A stretch of DNA of 63,163 nt, filler included, from Rhabdomonas costata (GCA_019059605.1; 38 parts of 38 records of this genome joined end to end with filler, not necessarily neighbours in it); one strand, 5' to 3'; positions 1-11,823 are shown, counted from the whole stretch's first letter. Program-made: numbers and translations. Notes: generated from the sequence alone by a model not told the origin.

Positions 1-520
1 GTGGGTGTGTAAAACGTAAGTGTGCATTTGTGGAGCATCGGAAGAGGAACCAGGAGGAACAAAGATATACACGAAGGGAAAGGGATGGTTGCACTGCGAA
101 CATGGCAAACACAGCACACATGCACATCTAAGATCTCCTCCTCCTCCTCCTTTTCCAACTCATGCCGACCCGAGAACAATATGGGCTTTACTGAGGATTT
201 CCTTTTTGGAAACTTGTTTCTTCTTATTTAATCTCCAACATATTCCAATGTATATATCCAATGAACGCAGGGCGAGAATATCAGCTCATAAATCCACCGT
301 CTACTTTTACGGTTCCATAGGTTGAAATCACCACCTTGCACATACCATCATGTAATCCTGTTTGGGGGAATGAGTCTTCCTGTGGATTTGCACAGAGTGA
401 TATTATACACACGTATCTACAGTGTATAATCTACCCACATCCACCCACATCCAGACCGAAACTTTTAGTTTTTACTTCTGCTTTCAGTACGTTCGATTTT
501 TTGCCCTTTTTTTTTTTCAG

Positions 521-1237
521 GTCTTGGCTTGGAAGGTGATCGATAACCAGCCCCCGGGCGCCTGGTGGGTGGCCCGAGTAGTTCGCGCGGAGTGGGCCCT
601 TCTTTTTGAGAACGAGAACGACACCGTCTACACGGTATGGTTATCCCGGGGGAGAGCATGGGGCTGAAGCCAGTGCCAATTTAAAAGACCTAACACTGGT
701 TTTCACGCTGCCTTTTTTTTATGGTTTCAGTTTTTTGTGGGTGGTGCCTGAATGACTGAAAAGAACTGGGGTACCTCCTTTGTAACTTTGTCCCCCCCCC
801 CTGCCACTTGTCACTTGTGTACCTTTGTGCCACGTCGTTGGCACAATCTGGAACCTCTTGTGAGCTGGGCGGACCTTCTGTTATTATAAAAGGGGTAAAT
901 GAAGCCTTTTGTGAAGAAGAAGTGCCAATAACACAAGAGCGATGTTCACATTTTGGTCGAGGGGAAAAGCAATAATTTAAAAGGTGTGAAAAAGAGTGGA
1001 GGACTCCACTCTGACACTGTGATCTGATTGTCTGTGATGGGTTGAAAAAACATGATGTGTGGAAAATTTGAATCCCACCTTCCTTCGAATCCCTCCTCTC
1101 CATTGCCGCCGCAGGTGCAGTGGTTCACCCCCGAGGGGTGGGAGCCGGACCAGGCCGAGTGGGAGCGGACTCGCCTGCTGTGCCTGCTTCCGTTCCCGTC
1201 CAAGATTAAGCGGTACCTAGAAGGCAACCTGGAGTGA
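521..1237 (+). CDS. Last two exons of a protein with an Agenet/Tudor-like C-terminal domain (partial)
   Basis: Exon 521-634 (polyT-CAG acceptor, GT donor, 38 codons) joins in phase 0 to exon 1115-1237 (TGA stop). Product: VLAWKVIDNQPPGAWWVARVVRAEWALLFENENDTVYT/VQWFTPEGWEPDQAEWERTRLLCLLPFPSKIKRYLEGNLE*. The WWxAxV...Y.V.W pattern resembles Agenet/Tudor folds; the domain call is tentative. Confidence 0.55.
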
Positions 1238-1565
1238 AGCCCCTTCGGATGGTCGCGAACGACAGTGTCTCCCTGTGACGTGCTGTAGCCTTGGTTCCAA
1301 CCTACCAGGCTTTCATCTCGGGCTCGTCTTTTTTTTTTGTGTGTGGGGGGGTTATGCCGTTTGTGAGGCCATGATTTATGTGACCTGTGACCTGAAATAC
1401 ATGCACCAATGATATGCGCATGCCAACGTGGGCACATCAAACATTTGCGCCAATCAAGGACATGACACGTGACCTTTCCTGTGCGCCTGGAGTTATGTTC
1501 TCTCTTAAAGTTCAAGTTGAGCATTGTGGCATTTTTTTTTGGCATTTTTAATCTAACCCAAAACC

Positions 1566-1665
1566 NNNNNNNNNNNNNNNNNNNNNNNNNNNNNNNNNNN
1601 NNNNNNNNNTTAATTAATTAANNNNNNNNNNNNNNNNNNNNNNNNNNNNNNNNNNNNNNNNNNNN
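1566..1665. other. Artificial contig linker (44 N + TTAATTAATTAA + 44 N); first of 37 identical linkers
   Basis: The identical 100-bp linker, with stops in all six frames, recurs about every 1665 bp. Contigs: 1-1565, 1666-3230, 3331-4895, 4996-6560, 6661-8225, 8326-9890, 9991-11555, 11656-13219, 13320-14883, 14984-16547, 16648-18214, 18315-19879, 19980-21544, 21645-23205, 23306-24870, 24971-26535, 26636-28200, 28301-29865, 29966-31529, 31630-33193, 33294-34860, 34961-36521, 36622-38185, 38286-39850, 39951-41515, 41616-43195, 43296-44859, 44960-46522, 46623-48186, 48287-49850, 49951-51516, 51617-53180, 53281-54844, 54945-56508, 56609-58172, 58273-59836, 59937-61500, 61601-63163. Confidence 0.98.
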
Positions 1666-2950
1666 GGTGGTGTTCTTCGCTGTCCCCCGGCGCGGTTCCA
1701 TATCCCGCCTCGTGTTTCCTTCGTTTGAAACACCGCCACCCGTAGAATTTTCGGGTTGCTCATCTATAAGAATTGGCTTTGGAAACAGTTCTTCGCTGTT
1801 AAAACCCACGCTTTTTGATGGGTGGGGACGAGCGCCGGCCCCACTGGTGCATCGAGCCCCGGGCTAACCGCCGTCGGTGGTCCGAGCCGACTGCGCAAAG
1901 CCGCCGCGGCATGCGCCCATATGCCGGGGTATTCCTTGGGTGTAAAGTTCCGGCCCGGCGGTCGCCCTTCGGCCGAATAGAGATTTCGAGCATAGGAGAT
2001 CGAAGTAGGAAGGGCATTTTTAAAATTTCAGGATATTGACCGTGCAAAGTAAACCAATGCTGGTTGGAGCCGCAGCGGGGCGTCCAGGCCCCGTCCACAA
2101 CGGTTCGGTTTACCCATTGGAATGGCCAACGCCTTGGCCTGCCGCGCGCGGCTTCCTTTCCACTAAATCATGGTCTTTGCACCAGGATTATGTTCTGAGC
2201 AGGCACACATCATGAATACCCGCCGGGCTCCCGGTCAATAACCAGCTCCCGTTCGCCCCGATTCCGTTCCAAACCAGACGCGCGCGGCTGAACCATGCAT
2301 TCTTCCTTCGATTGCCGAAGTACCAAAGTACATCCTCACTGGGCTCCTGAAATGCGGGGGTATTTTTATGAATTGCTTGCGTAACCTGGGTAACTTTGTC
2401 ATCATGCCAGATCCAACATTAGTAATTTTTTCCTTGCCACCAAACCCCTACCACAGCCACATTATATATTTCACACCACCGGATTGCAAACAGAACCGTG
2501 GGCAACATGAATGAAGAGCTTACAAACCCTCCCGCCAAATTGCCGCAGTAATTTGAAGCCAGTTGTTAACTAAACTTGAGGATTATAACCGTGACATTTC
2601 GTGCATTGATGACTGATCACTTGGAAGTGAAGCTTGTGTTCCTCTCTCTGGGGTAGACTGAAGATACAAAGCGTCGGTTTGGAAATAAAAGAGTGCAATT
2701 GCGAGCTTTACTAGGTTGCCACAGTAATTGACGACATTACCCGCGTAGTCGTAATGTCTACAAAATATATGGCAGCGCAGTTTGACGCAGCAAGAACTCT
2801 GGAAGGTGAAAGGTAGCTTCGGAGGAATTGGCATTTCACAACTTTGTCGAGAGTACTGGTGCGCAAGATTCAGTCACCAGAACGTGGCTTGAAAACGAGA
2901 ATTCCAACCCATTATTTACATGTGCTGATGTCTAGCTTGACCACAAAAGA

Positions 2951-3153
2951 GAGTTCTCAGACATCTTTACAGAGAACGTTCCACGTCGTTTGCCACCAAC
3001 CAGAAAATCAAGTCACAGGGTTTGTCTGAAGCCTGGCATCATTATACCAGCACAATGGTTGTTCAGTATGTATCCTGCTGAGGATGTGAAGCTTCAAAAA
3101 CAGTCTAAGAGTTTTTAAGATCTAGTTTCATTGATACTACCACGTCTCCGCAC
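2951..3153 (+). mobile_element. Decayed Ty3/Gypsy LTR-retrotransposon pol fragment (start of the RT domain)
   Basis: Translates as EFSDIFTENVPRRLPPTRKSSHRVCLKPGIIIPAQWLFSMYPAEDVKLQK-(frameshift)-V*EFLRSSFIDTTTSPH. This matches the Gypsy pre-RT consensus EF.DVF....P.GLPP.R...H.I.L.PG..P.....YRMSP.E...LK.QL.ELL..GFI.PS.SP. It has one frameshift and one stop. Confidence 0.75.
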
Positions 3154-3224
3154 CGTGTAGGAGTTGTGGTAGTATCAATGAAACTAGATCTTAAAAACTC
3201 TTAGACTGTTTTTGAAGCTTCACA
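3085..3224. repeat. Perfect 59-bp inverted repeat at the contig end (fold-back, probably an amplification artefact)
   Basis: Arms 3085-3143 and 3166-3224 are exact reverse complements around a 22-nt loop. The right arm runs into the A/C-only contig end. Confidence 0.9.
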
Positions 3225-3555
3225 ACCACANNNNNNNNNNNNNNNNNNNNNNNNNNNNNNNNNNNNNNNNNNNNTTAATTAATTAANNNNNNNNNNNNNN
3301 NNNNNNNNNNNNNNNNNNNNNNNNNNNNNNGTGTGGTTGTGCCAATTTTCTAATGTGTGTAGCGCTTTTTCCAATCGAGCTTGTTGAAATGCCTCTTCAT
3401 GCCTCTTCAACACCTCATTCCGGAATTAATTAATTTCAGCAAAAACGTACAATCGTGTGATGAAACAGTTTAGCGAAATTCATTGCGTGATGATCAGTCT
3501 GTGTGTGCGTGAGAGATTTGCCAGTGGTCAGCACAACCATCTCTACAGGAAATAC

Positions 3556-4552
3556 CTGAAAGCTGATCGCCTGCACCGTCACCAGGTGCCCTGCTACGTT
3601 CACTTCGGTAACGTTAAGACCACGGAACCGGGTCCAGCCCCCAAGCCTGGGCTCCGAGAGAGCAATGGAGATGGACCGGATCGAGCTGTCCTGGACTTGC
3701 GTGGCGTTGATCTGGGTCCACTTCCCGGAAGGGGTGTTAGGAGGGTTCCCCGTGGCCTGCCCGTGGGTGGAACTGGCAACGAGGTACCCCGTGGACCCGT
3801 CCACCAGGAAGGTTACCGTCCCCGGAAACAGCCCCGAGGAGTGCTGAATGGTAAGGGGTAAAGACTGCGCATGCCGGCAGGACCCCTCATGCTTTCGCAA
3901 TAGCGTATTGGTTGGTTTCTTTCTGGTCCCCTATAAGTTATTGATGAATGAACGGTGATCGTTCCGGGAAGTGTGGACAACCCCAAACAACCTGCGGTAG
4001 AAGTAAAAGTGTGAGTAATTGTCATACAAATGCGCAGGAGACCGTGTTTTTGCACTTGGAGCAGATTTGGAATCGTTTGGACAGAGTATCATGCATGACG
4101 GCGCGGTATGCCTACAGAAGAATACAGTCTTGCTCGATCTATTTCCAGGATTTTGTCTTGCCATTTCACCCCTTGCGCCTGTATCTTATGCGTCAAGTGA
4201 GAATTTATTGGTTCAAGAAAGGAAAAATGTACGTAGCCATATTTCCTCGCAAACACTTCAGCAAATTGTGGTAACCCGGGCCGCAGCATTTCCCTCCCAT
4301 GATTTGTATGCAAAGCCAAATCCACAAAGCGCGATACACGGGGACCTGTTTCAGCATGGCGTCGAAGTGCAGCTGCGTGATCGAGGTCACGGCTACCCCG
4401 AAAATCGGCCCTGCGACGCCCTGCCGCCGCACCGGCGCCACCACAGGAAACGCCAGTGTGGGGCTCATCACTCCACTCGCAGGCATTGTAGAGGAGAAGG
4501 TAGGCCCAATGGCGACATCGTAAGACGTCTTCAGCGCAAACTGGTACCAGAT
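3556..4552 (-). CDS. Two exons of a Cache-like extracellular sensor domain (receptor-type cyclase/kinase family, partial)
   Basis: Exon 4552-4346 (69 codons, IWYQFALK...PTLAFPVV...IFGVAVTSITQLHFDAMLKQ) and exon 3843-3556 (96 codons, HSSGLFPGTVTFLVDGSTGYLVASS...) both have AG/GT boundaries and phase 0. The WY...P...GV...FLVD..G.LVASS pattern is typical of dCache domains. Confidence 0.65.
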
Positions 4553-5640
4553 CTGGACAACCAAAAAGAAAACAGCACGAAAAAAAGATGCAGGACTACA
4601 TCAATGTCAGCGAAACTAGCCGAGAGCGATTCCCTTACCGAGGACACGCAGAGGCAGTGTGGTCTTCGGTTCAGACGTCACACGCTACAACGTTGATAAC
4701 AGCATGACAACAACAAGATAACAACGTCGACAACAACATAAAAACAAATAAATGCATGAAGAAACAGATTTTTTTCAGCGTCGGCAGTTTCACTTGACAG
4801 TCCATTTGGTGTTAAATATAGGGACGAATCCCGGAAACAAAGCACACAGTGTGAAGTTCACGTAAAAACGTTTCATCACAAAACCCACCTGGGAANNNNN
4901 NNNNNNNNNNNNNNNNNNNNNNNNNNNNNNNNNNNNNNNTTAATTAATTAANNNNNNNNNNNNNNNNNNNNNNNNNNNNNNNNNNNNNNNNNNNNTTTGT
5001 TTTGGAGGCCCCCCTACGATGGGCACTGGCCAGCTATGGTCTCTTCCCGCCTGTACTCCAGTATCTCTCTATCTCTTTGCCCGGGCTCTTTTTTCTTTCT
5101 TCTGGATACCTGGCGGACACACTCACACAGGCGGATTTGCGCGGGTGGGATTGACATCCTTTGTGGGGGGGACGTTTCTGGTCGAGGTGTCCTGCTCCCT
5201 GCCTAAGTGTGAGCTGCACATTGATGTGACTGCTCTGGCCATAGTTTTCCGGGTGTGATTGGAAAAACGGAGCCAGGAGACAGGTTGCCCTTTTCCATTT
5301 TCTCTTTTCCAGCGAAATCTCGCAAGGGTGCCTTTGATGAAAAGTAGGCATTTTCTGGGTTGGAAGTAGGAAGCAAAGTAGCTTCCCTTGAATGATCCAA
5401 ACGAGAGGACACAGAGCTTCCTTCGAGTGCATAAGCCTTCAGAACGCGCGGGCAGGCACACGAACCACGTCACGTGGTACAAATGAGCACCACCCATTGG
5501 CAGCCTCTTGCGCCACACTATACTCTCTTTGGATTTTGCTTTCGCCTTATTCTCGCACAAAATAGACAAAATGCAACTGACCCAATGTCAGTAGACATCG
5601 AGGAAAGCCACACACACAAGCGCAAGGCAACAGAGCTTAC

Positions 5641-6216
5641 CGTCGCCGTCATCCCCGTCGGCGCCGAAGTCACCCTCCCACTCAGCGGTGGTGGAGGCGG
5701 GGGTGCACGGAGGTCGTAGTGGACACCGCATGCCCCCTCCATTTTTGGTTGTCAATTTCTTAATTTCTTGTTGATACCGAAAAGGAGTGACGCGCAGAAC
5801 GGGACCGTGGACCGGACGTTGGCTGAGCCCCTCCCAGATCTCTGTGTACTGAATTGCGGTGGTGGGTTCAACCTTAAGGGACATCGGCGAGGGAAGAAAA
5901 AGAATGAGCAAGGGAGTGCGCGTGTGCCCGCGTTTGTCTGTCTCCAACTTGAATCACCCAGGGAACGGGAAAAACAGGTATACGTTTGAGGATCCAGCGA
6001 GCATGGTTGCTGAAACAAGGCTTTCTCTCACGCATACAATATGCAGCAATCGTTTGCATGCATCCCACTGAGAAGAAACCTCAATCGATCTTGCTTTTGA
6101 ATGGATTTCTGGTGATGAAGGCAGAGCTTACCCGCACAGCGGCAGCTTCTGCGGCGGCCGCGGCCTCGGGCGCAGGCTGGGTCGGGGTCACCGGCCCAAG
6201 CTTGCGCGCCAGTTTC
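5641..6216 (-). CDS. Two probable exons of an unknown Pro/Ala-rich protein
   Basis: Two GC-rich blocks (~6216-6132 VKLARKLGPVTPTQPAPEAAAAAEAAAVR; ~5740-5641 ...YDLRAPPPPPPLSGRVTSAPTGMTAT) each end at a GTAAGC donor. No family recognised. Confidence 0.35.
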
Positions 6217-7019
6217 ACTGATGTGCGGGGGGGGCATCACCACAAGAGCCAAAAGGAAAGGCGCGAACGATAACGCTCACCAAGCACGATCCACTCTTGA
6301 CGTTTCGGGGCACTGGCACCAATTTATCCAATCAGACCACTTGTACCAATATTCACCTTGGGAGCGCTGGAAAAAAATAATCTAAACTCCAGCAAATATA
6401 AAAAACATGTGGGTGATGGTTGAATCATTTCACCTTTGTTACGAAACAAAAATTATGGGTGAGTTTCTGTTTCCAGTGGTTACCGTTGCCTCCCCCTGCG
6501 CACACGTCAATCGGACCCCAGCCAAAGACACCCCCACTCAAAATGAGGCACCCACCAAAANNNNNNNNNNNNNNNNNNNNNNNNNNNNNNNNNNNNNNNN
6601 NNNNTTAATTAATTAANNNNNNNNNNNNNNNNNNNNNNNNNNNNNNNNNNNNNNNNNNNNTTGTTTTGGGCCAAGTGCCAGTTAATCAGAGGATTTGCAA
6701 AGATCTCCTCGAGTCGAATGCCCACGGAGTTGGCACACTTGAAGACCCTTATATGGACCGACGCTCCCCAATGTGCCGACGTGGTATGAGAGAACGTTAA
6801 AACTCTTCAAAAGTGTCCTTGGGCATATTTGCATCCCCATGTTTTCTGCTGGAGACCCGTGGGACGTGCTCTCGTTCAGTGGGCGCATCTCAAGGGTTCA
6901 TAAGGGTGAGTGGGTTCCTTGCCTATCGGTGAGGTTGACTGGCCTTGGTCTTATCCAAGAAGCAGCATTTTGTTTCTTTGGGACGGCTTGGGCCTTGCCG
7001 GGTGTGGTGGTCATTCTCA

Positions 7020-7626
7020 ATGGCCGCACCAGTTCGCTGCCTTACGATTGCCGGCTCGGACTCTGGCGGAGGGGCGGGTCTGCAGGTAGGAGAGTGCGAG
7101 TTCTCCTTCCTCATGTGTTTTCTCAATGCTCAGTTGTTGTGAGGTTTTTCAATGCTGCTAAGCCCGTCGTGGAGGGTGTTTCCCAGGCAAAGAAATACCT
7201 CCGTTTACCCGTCGAGGCGCAACCCGATCAAAGCTGAACTTATTGTAGACTTTTAACGCGAACGATGACCTGCACACTTTTGGGGTTGCAAGGATGGCGA
7301 AGAATCACCAAGAATCACAAAAAGGGCACAACCACAACAGGTCGACAACATGTGGGAAGAAATGTTCGGTTCGGTTTCAGTTGTGCAGGCAACCACTTAA
7401 CGCAGAGAAAAAACGAGACGCATCACGCGCACTGTATATTTTCCGATGGCGGGTCGTAGCCTTTTTTTGTGTGTGTGTGTGCGCGCGCGATTAGGCCGAT
7501 CTGAAGACGTTCGCGGCTCGAGGAGTGTTTGGGATGAGTGTAGTGACCGCTGTGACGGCCCAGAACACGGCTGCTGTGACTGGAGTCCACCCGGTCCCCA
7601 CGGACTTTGTTGCCGAGCAGCTGCAG
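7020..7626 (+). CDS. thiD: Hydroxymethylpyrimidine/phosphomethylpyrimidine kinase (ThiD family), first two exons
   Basis: Exon 7020-7085 (MAAPVRCLTIAGSDSGGGAGLQ) plus exon 7495-7626 (ADLKTFAARGVFGMSVVTAVTAQNTAAVTGVHPVPTDFVAEQLQ), joined across a GT-AG intron in phase 0, rebuild the signature IAGSDSGGGAGxQADLKT...TAQNT. Confidence 0.93.
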
Positions 7627-7849
7627 GTGTGCCCCCTGATCTGGTGTATGGTTGCCAGCGGCTTTTCACCTTTCCTGCGGTGCGCCGTGCCTTTTTTATT
7701 TGCCTTGTGTTCAGCTGAAGGTGCTCCTGATATACAGTCACGCAACGCACCGCCACAGGGCTGCTGTGCAGATTGGGGTGTCCTCTGCTGAAATTCTGCA
7801 TGCATTCCAGCTCATCGGTGAAAAATTGCATCTTCTCATAACTCTTGAG

Positions 7850-8050
7850 GCTATGGACACTTTTGTCCACCCCGGCCATTGACTTTTGTGTAGGGGCATG
7901 AATAGCGCACGCTATGCAGCCGTGAGTAGCGTTCGCCACTCAACCATGAAAATGTTTTACTTCTGCCATCTCACAGAAGCCTTTTATAGGCGAAAAGTAG
8001 ATCAAATAAGAGCTCGACACTTGGCACAAGTGGATGAAGAAGATTATTTT
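7850..8050 (-). repeat. Dispersed repeat family A, copy 1 (diverged homolog at ~13455-13680)
   Basis: Its reverse complement shares ordered blocks with 13455-13680: TTTCGCC..AAAGG.TTCTGTGAGATGG, CATGGTT..GCGAACGCTACTCACG, ACAAAAGT.AAT, GGACAAAAG.GTCCAT.GCC. Confidence 0.7.
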
Positions 8051-10463
8051 CGCCCGTTACCAGCGCCGCTGTGGCGAGCCAAACACCTGAGCGCCATACA
8101 CGGCGCGTGGAATTGCAACAGAAGGCTAGCGCGGGGGTAGGAGGCGGTGCACACACGGGATGTGCCCAGCACTAGGCTTAAAACGCTTCCATGCGATCAC
8201 AAACCCCAGCAGTAACCCAACACCCNNNNNNNNNNNNNNNNNNNNNNNNNNNNNNNNNNNNNNNNNNNNTTAATTAATTAANNNNNNNNNNNNNNNNNNN
8301 NNNNNNNNNNNNNNNNNNNNNNNNNCACGAGAGGGCATGGTCTCCAGCCCATGAAAGCACAGAGTGGCACTCAAGAGCAAAGAAGAAGGGAGGAATTATG
8401 GCCGCGGAGGCCCGGAGGTGGCTTTCAATGGTTTTTCTGGTGTGTGCGTGTGTGCGTGCATATCTGTGTGTGGTTTTGCCGGCGCCTGCAGGATTTCTGA
8501 CTAGCGCGCTCTTCCCATCGTTTTTGTTATGCCCTTGTTGTCCCCCGGCGCCTTCTCGCGCCAGGGTTGGATTTTCGCGCAAACGAAATCGAACCTGAAC
8601 CGGAAATCATCCCTTAAAGCGCCCCCAAAACTTGCCGGGGCAACCGATTAAGTTCGGCATCAGGCGCTCATGTGGGGTCAAGCCTTTGGCTTGACGCGCT
8701 TTGGGCCAAAAGGGTTTTTCAAAATTCAATATAATGACGCACTTTTTACAAAGATCTTGGTGTCTCCCGGTTTTCCATTCCGATTTGGTTTTTATTGAAA
8801 CCGGGGTGGCTGACGGAAAAAGCCTTGGACGACGACCATTCTTCAAGGATCGGGACAAGACGGCCTGAATGTATCCAGCTTATAGCCGTTTTTAAAAAAA
8901 AAGACGATCTGCGCATCGTCTTTTGCGCGGTGTTTTCCCCGTGCGTTGCCGTGGTGGGCTTTGCTTTTTCTGGCCCCCACGCCTTGGCGCGGGATTTTGC
9001 CGAGTTTTGCACCCGGAGGATTGCCGAGATAAAGTTCATCCCGTTTTTCCTCCTATATCCGGTTTGTCCGTTCCAATGTCCAATAAATGAGGGGAAAACC
9101 TTTAAACTTCTTGAATGCGGGAACGGCCGTCGACTGATATATTTTGATTTTTGTGGGTCATTTTCGGTTTTTATTGAATGCAAATTACCTTCAGATGAGA
9201 ATCTTATTTTGGTGTTTATGTGAGACTGCAATGGTATTTGCCTGGCTCGCTTTTGCGGCACTTGGTGCCGCTATCTTTTTATTTCCTTTATGCGGTTGAA
9301 AAGTCCAAAGCAAAGGGTCGACAGTTTGCAAGGGTTCAAGGCAGTACGCCGCAGCGGAAGCACAAAGCGGATAGCTTGTTAGAGGCTACGCCTACTAGCG
9401 AAACTGTTGGCCACGCCAGGCAGTTCAAGGTCTTGCTGAAAACCCCAAGACCCCGCCCCAGCTAGAGCAAGCAAGCCCGAGACGGAGAGCCCTAAGCCAC
9501 ACATGCCAAGGTAAAAAAAACCAAGATGTAGCCCACGAGAACGCGAAAGACCACAACACTTGAAGAGAGGAAGCAAGCAAGCAGAGCGGAGCCGGAGCCA
9601 AAACCACCCAAAGATATAGAAACATTCGGTCCGATACGAACATTTGGTACGAGACGAAGGCCGGTAGCCCGTCTTTGTTCCTGGTTCCGGTTTGCAGCCG
9701 CGTTGTAATCGAGGCGGATTACTGATGGACGGAAGACAGAATTCCAAAACTGGTGTGCAAGCTCCATGCTGGGAGTATGGTTCGGGGTTGTGATGATGGG
9801 AAAACTTGGAGAATAAAAAATACCTGCGAAAAGACACAGAAAAACCACATACAAAGCCATACAAACGCCAAACTTCCCAGACAAAACCACNNNNNNNNNN
9901 NNNNNNNNNNNNNNNNNNNNNNNNNNNNNNNNNNTTAATTAATTAANNNNNNNNNNNNNNNNNNNNNNNNNNNNNNNNNNNNNNNNNNNNTGTTGTTTTT
10001 GTTCACCTTGGTCTCTGCCATTGTTCAGTATGCTGCTGTGTTTACTGTGAGCCGAGCGGGATCCTGACGTGGGCACGTCCCTGGACGAAGTTAGTTAGTT
10101 TTTGTTAGTTAGTTTTAGGTTTCTACGCCCACCGTTAGAGATTGGCGTCACATTTAGCCGAGGGATTTTGCGAACAGATCAATATTCATGGTATAACATT
10201 CATGGTGCTCCGTGGATCGGATCACAAAAGGCCTCGCCTTGCACATACTTCTGTCTGTGCGACTCTCCCTGCGAGTGTCTTGCCCTGCTAGCTTCGGTGT
10301 ATTGCTTTGTTTTACGGACTTTTCACGGAATCATACACACACACACATCTTCCCGCTTGCTGAGTGGACCCGTACAAATCTCAGATTCCTGCAAAATGTT
10401 CGGGTGCATTTGTATGCATATTGGGAGAACTGGGAGCGAGGATCTGGTCTTTCCGCCCCTCAG

Positions 10464-11340
10464 GAGGCAAAGGTGCTTCGGGTGTGCGCATCCTCTCTGG
10501 CGGGGGGTGGCCTGGCCAATACCGTGGCCCGCTCTGGGGTGCTGTACCAGAGCGAGGAACAGCCGTGGTCATGGTTTGTCATCCCCCTCCCCAACCTCCC
10601 AACCTCCAAATCTTACACACAGCAGCTCGAGGGCTGACTCCTAAGACCTAAGTAAGCTATCCGTGATTTAGACATACTTCCACCACCGGGGACTCCCAAG
10701 TGCACGCACCACATCAGTACGTGCACAACACACTTCGGCAGCTGACGTTCTCTGGAGGAACAACCAGAGGAGTGAGCATCGCGCATTGCGAAGGAAATAG
10801 TGAGAAGGTGATGTTTCTGACCTGTCGAGTCGTGCTTTTGAACTTTTTGCCGTTGAGGTTGAGGGGTCCTGCGATTTCCAGGTGCATCTTCGACTTCCAA
10901 GAGTGCTTCATTCGGCCCAACTACTACACCCTTGCCCATGACAGCCCCGCCCACGTGCGCTTCATGCGCTCGTGGCAGGTACGCCTCCATGCCTCATTGC
11001 ACCCCCACACCTAAAGGTTTCGTGCACGCCTATTCTCAAACCCACCTGGACCCGGTTAGACGAGAGCCCATGATTTGGCGAGAACAAAGAAAACGTAGGA
11101 AAAAAGTTCTGTCAGCTTTTTGCCCCTCTCTTGCGACCTCCCGCACCTCCCCTCCTTCGTCCCGCGCAGCTCGAGGGCTCGAACAACAACCTGAACTGGC
11201 AGATCCTATCTCGCCATAACCACGACGAGAGCATTAATCCCCGGTCTGCAGTTTCCGCCTGGGCTCTGCAAGCAAAGGCCTTCTACCGCTATCTCAGGAT
11301 TGTCTTGGACCCCGGCGGGAACAGCGAAGGAACGGATTCC
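10464..11340 (+). CDS. F5/8 type C (discoidin/galactose-binding-like) domain, as in HECTD1 and BTB-F5/8 proteins; three exons
   Basis: Exons 10464-10573, 10882-10978 and 11170-~11340 splice in consistent phase to ...SEEQPWSWCIFDFQECFIRPNYYTLAHDSPAHVRFMRSWQLEGSNNNLNWQILSRHNHDESIN...YRYLRIVLDPGGNSEG. This matches W..DL...P..YTLRH....LR.W.LEGS.D...W..L..H..D.SL. Confidence 0.8.
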
Positions 11341-11778
11341 GTGTCACCCCCTCCCTCATCGTTACCCTCTGTTCTATGGACGCATGATTGGAAAACCGAC
11401 CGGAAGTGCCCAGTGCTTTAGACGAGTCCAGCTTGCAATATCGCTCTTTCCTCACTCCCTGCACCCTCCTACAGAATATCAAAGCTCGTTGAAGGGCGCT
11501 GCGAAAGAAAATTCCAAAACAACAAACCCCCAAACCACACTGTATCACACCCCCCNNNNNNNNNNNNNNNNNNNNNNNNNNNNNNNNNNNNNNNNNNNNT
11601 TAATTAATTAANNNNNNNNNNNNNNNNNNNNNNNNNNNNNNNNNNNNNNNNNNNNGTGTGTCAGGACGCGCGGCGCTTCCAAGGAGCGTGAGAGAAGGGC
11701 TGGGGCACATCCCCATCGGCCTAAACCGGACGGACAACCATTGGGAAAGCTGCATTCTGTTTTCCAAGTACAGTATGC

Positions 11779-11823
11779 ACAGCAGGCCTCCCGGAACGCT
11801 GCGTGGGTCCATGGGGTCAGGAG
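11779..11823 (+). repeat. Dispersed repeat family B, copy 1 (homolog at 17390-17436)
   Basis: ACAGCAGGCCTCCCGGAACGCTGCGTGG-GTCCATGGGGTCAGGAG here versus ACAGCAGGCCTCCCGAAACGCTGTGTGGCCGGTCCTTGGGTCAGGAG in an unrelated contig. Confidence 0.7.

Noticed and set aside
3085..3224. Terminal hairpins as rho-independent terminators or transposon TIRs
   Set aside because: The context is eukaryotic, there is no U-tract, the cases share no sequence, and they always sit at primer-like contig ends.
3457..4696. Long + strand ORFs (134 aa and 225 aa) in the ORF track
   Set aside because: They are antisense shadows of GC-rich minus-strand exons that have proper splice sites. The same applies to most ORF-track entries and to all ORFs running into Ns.
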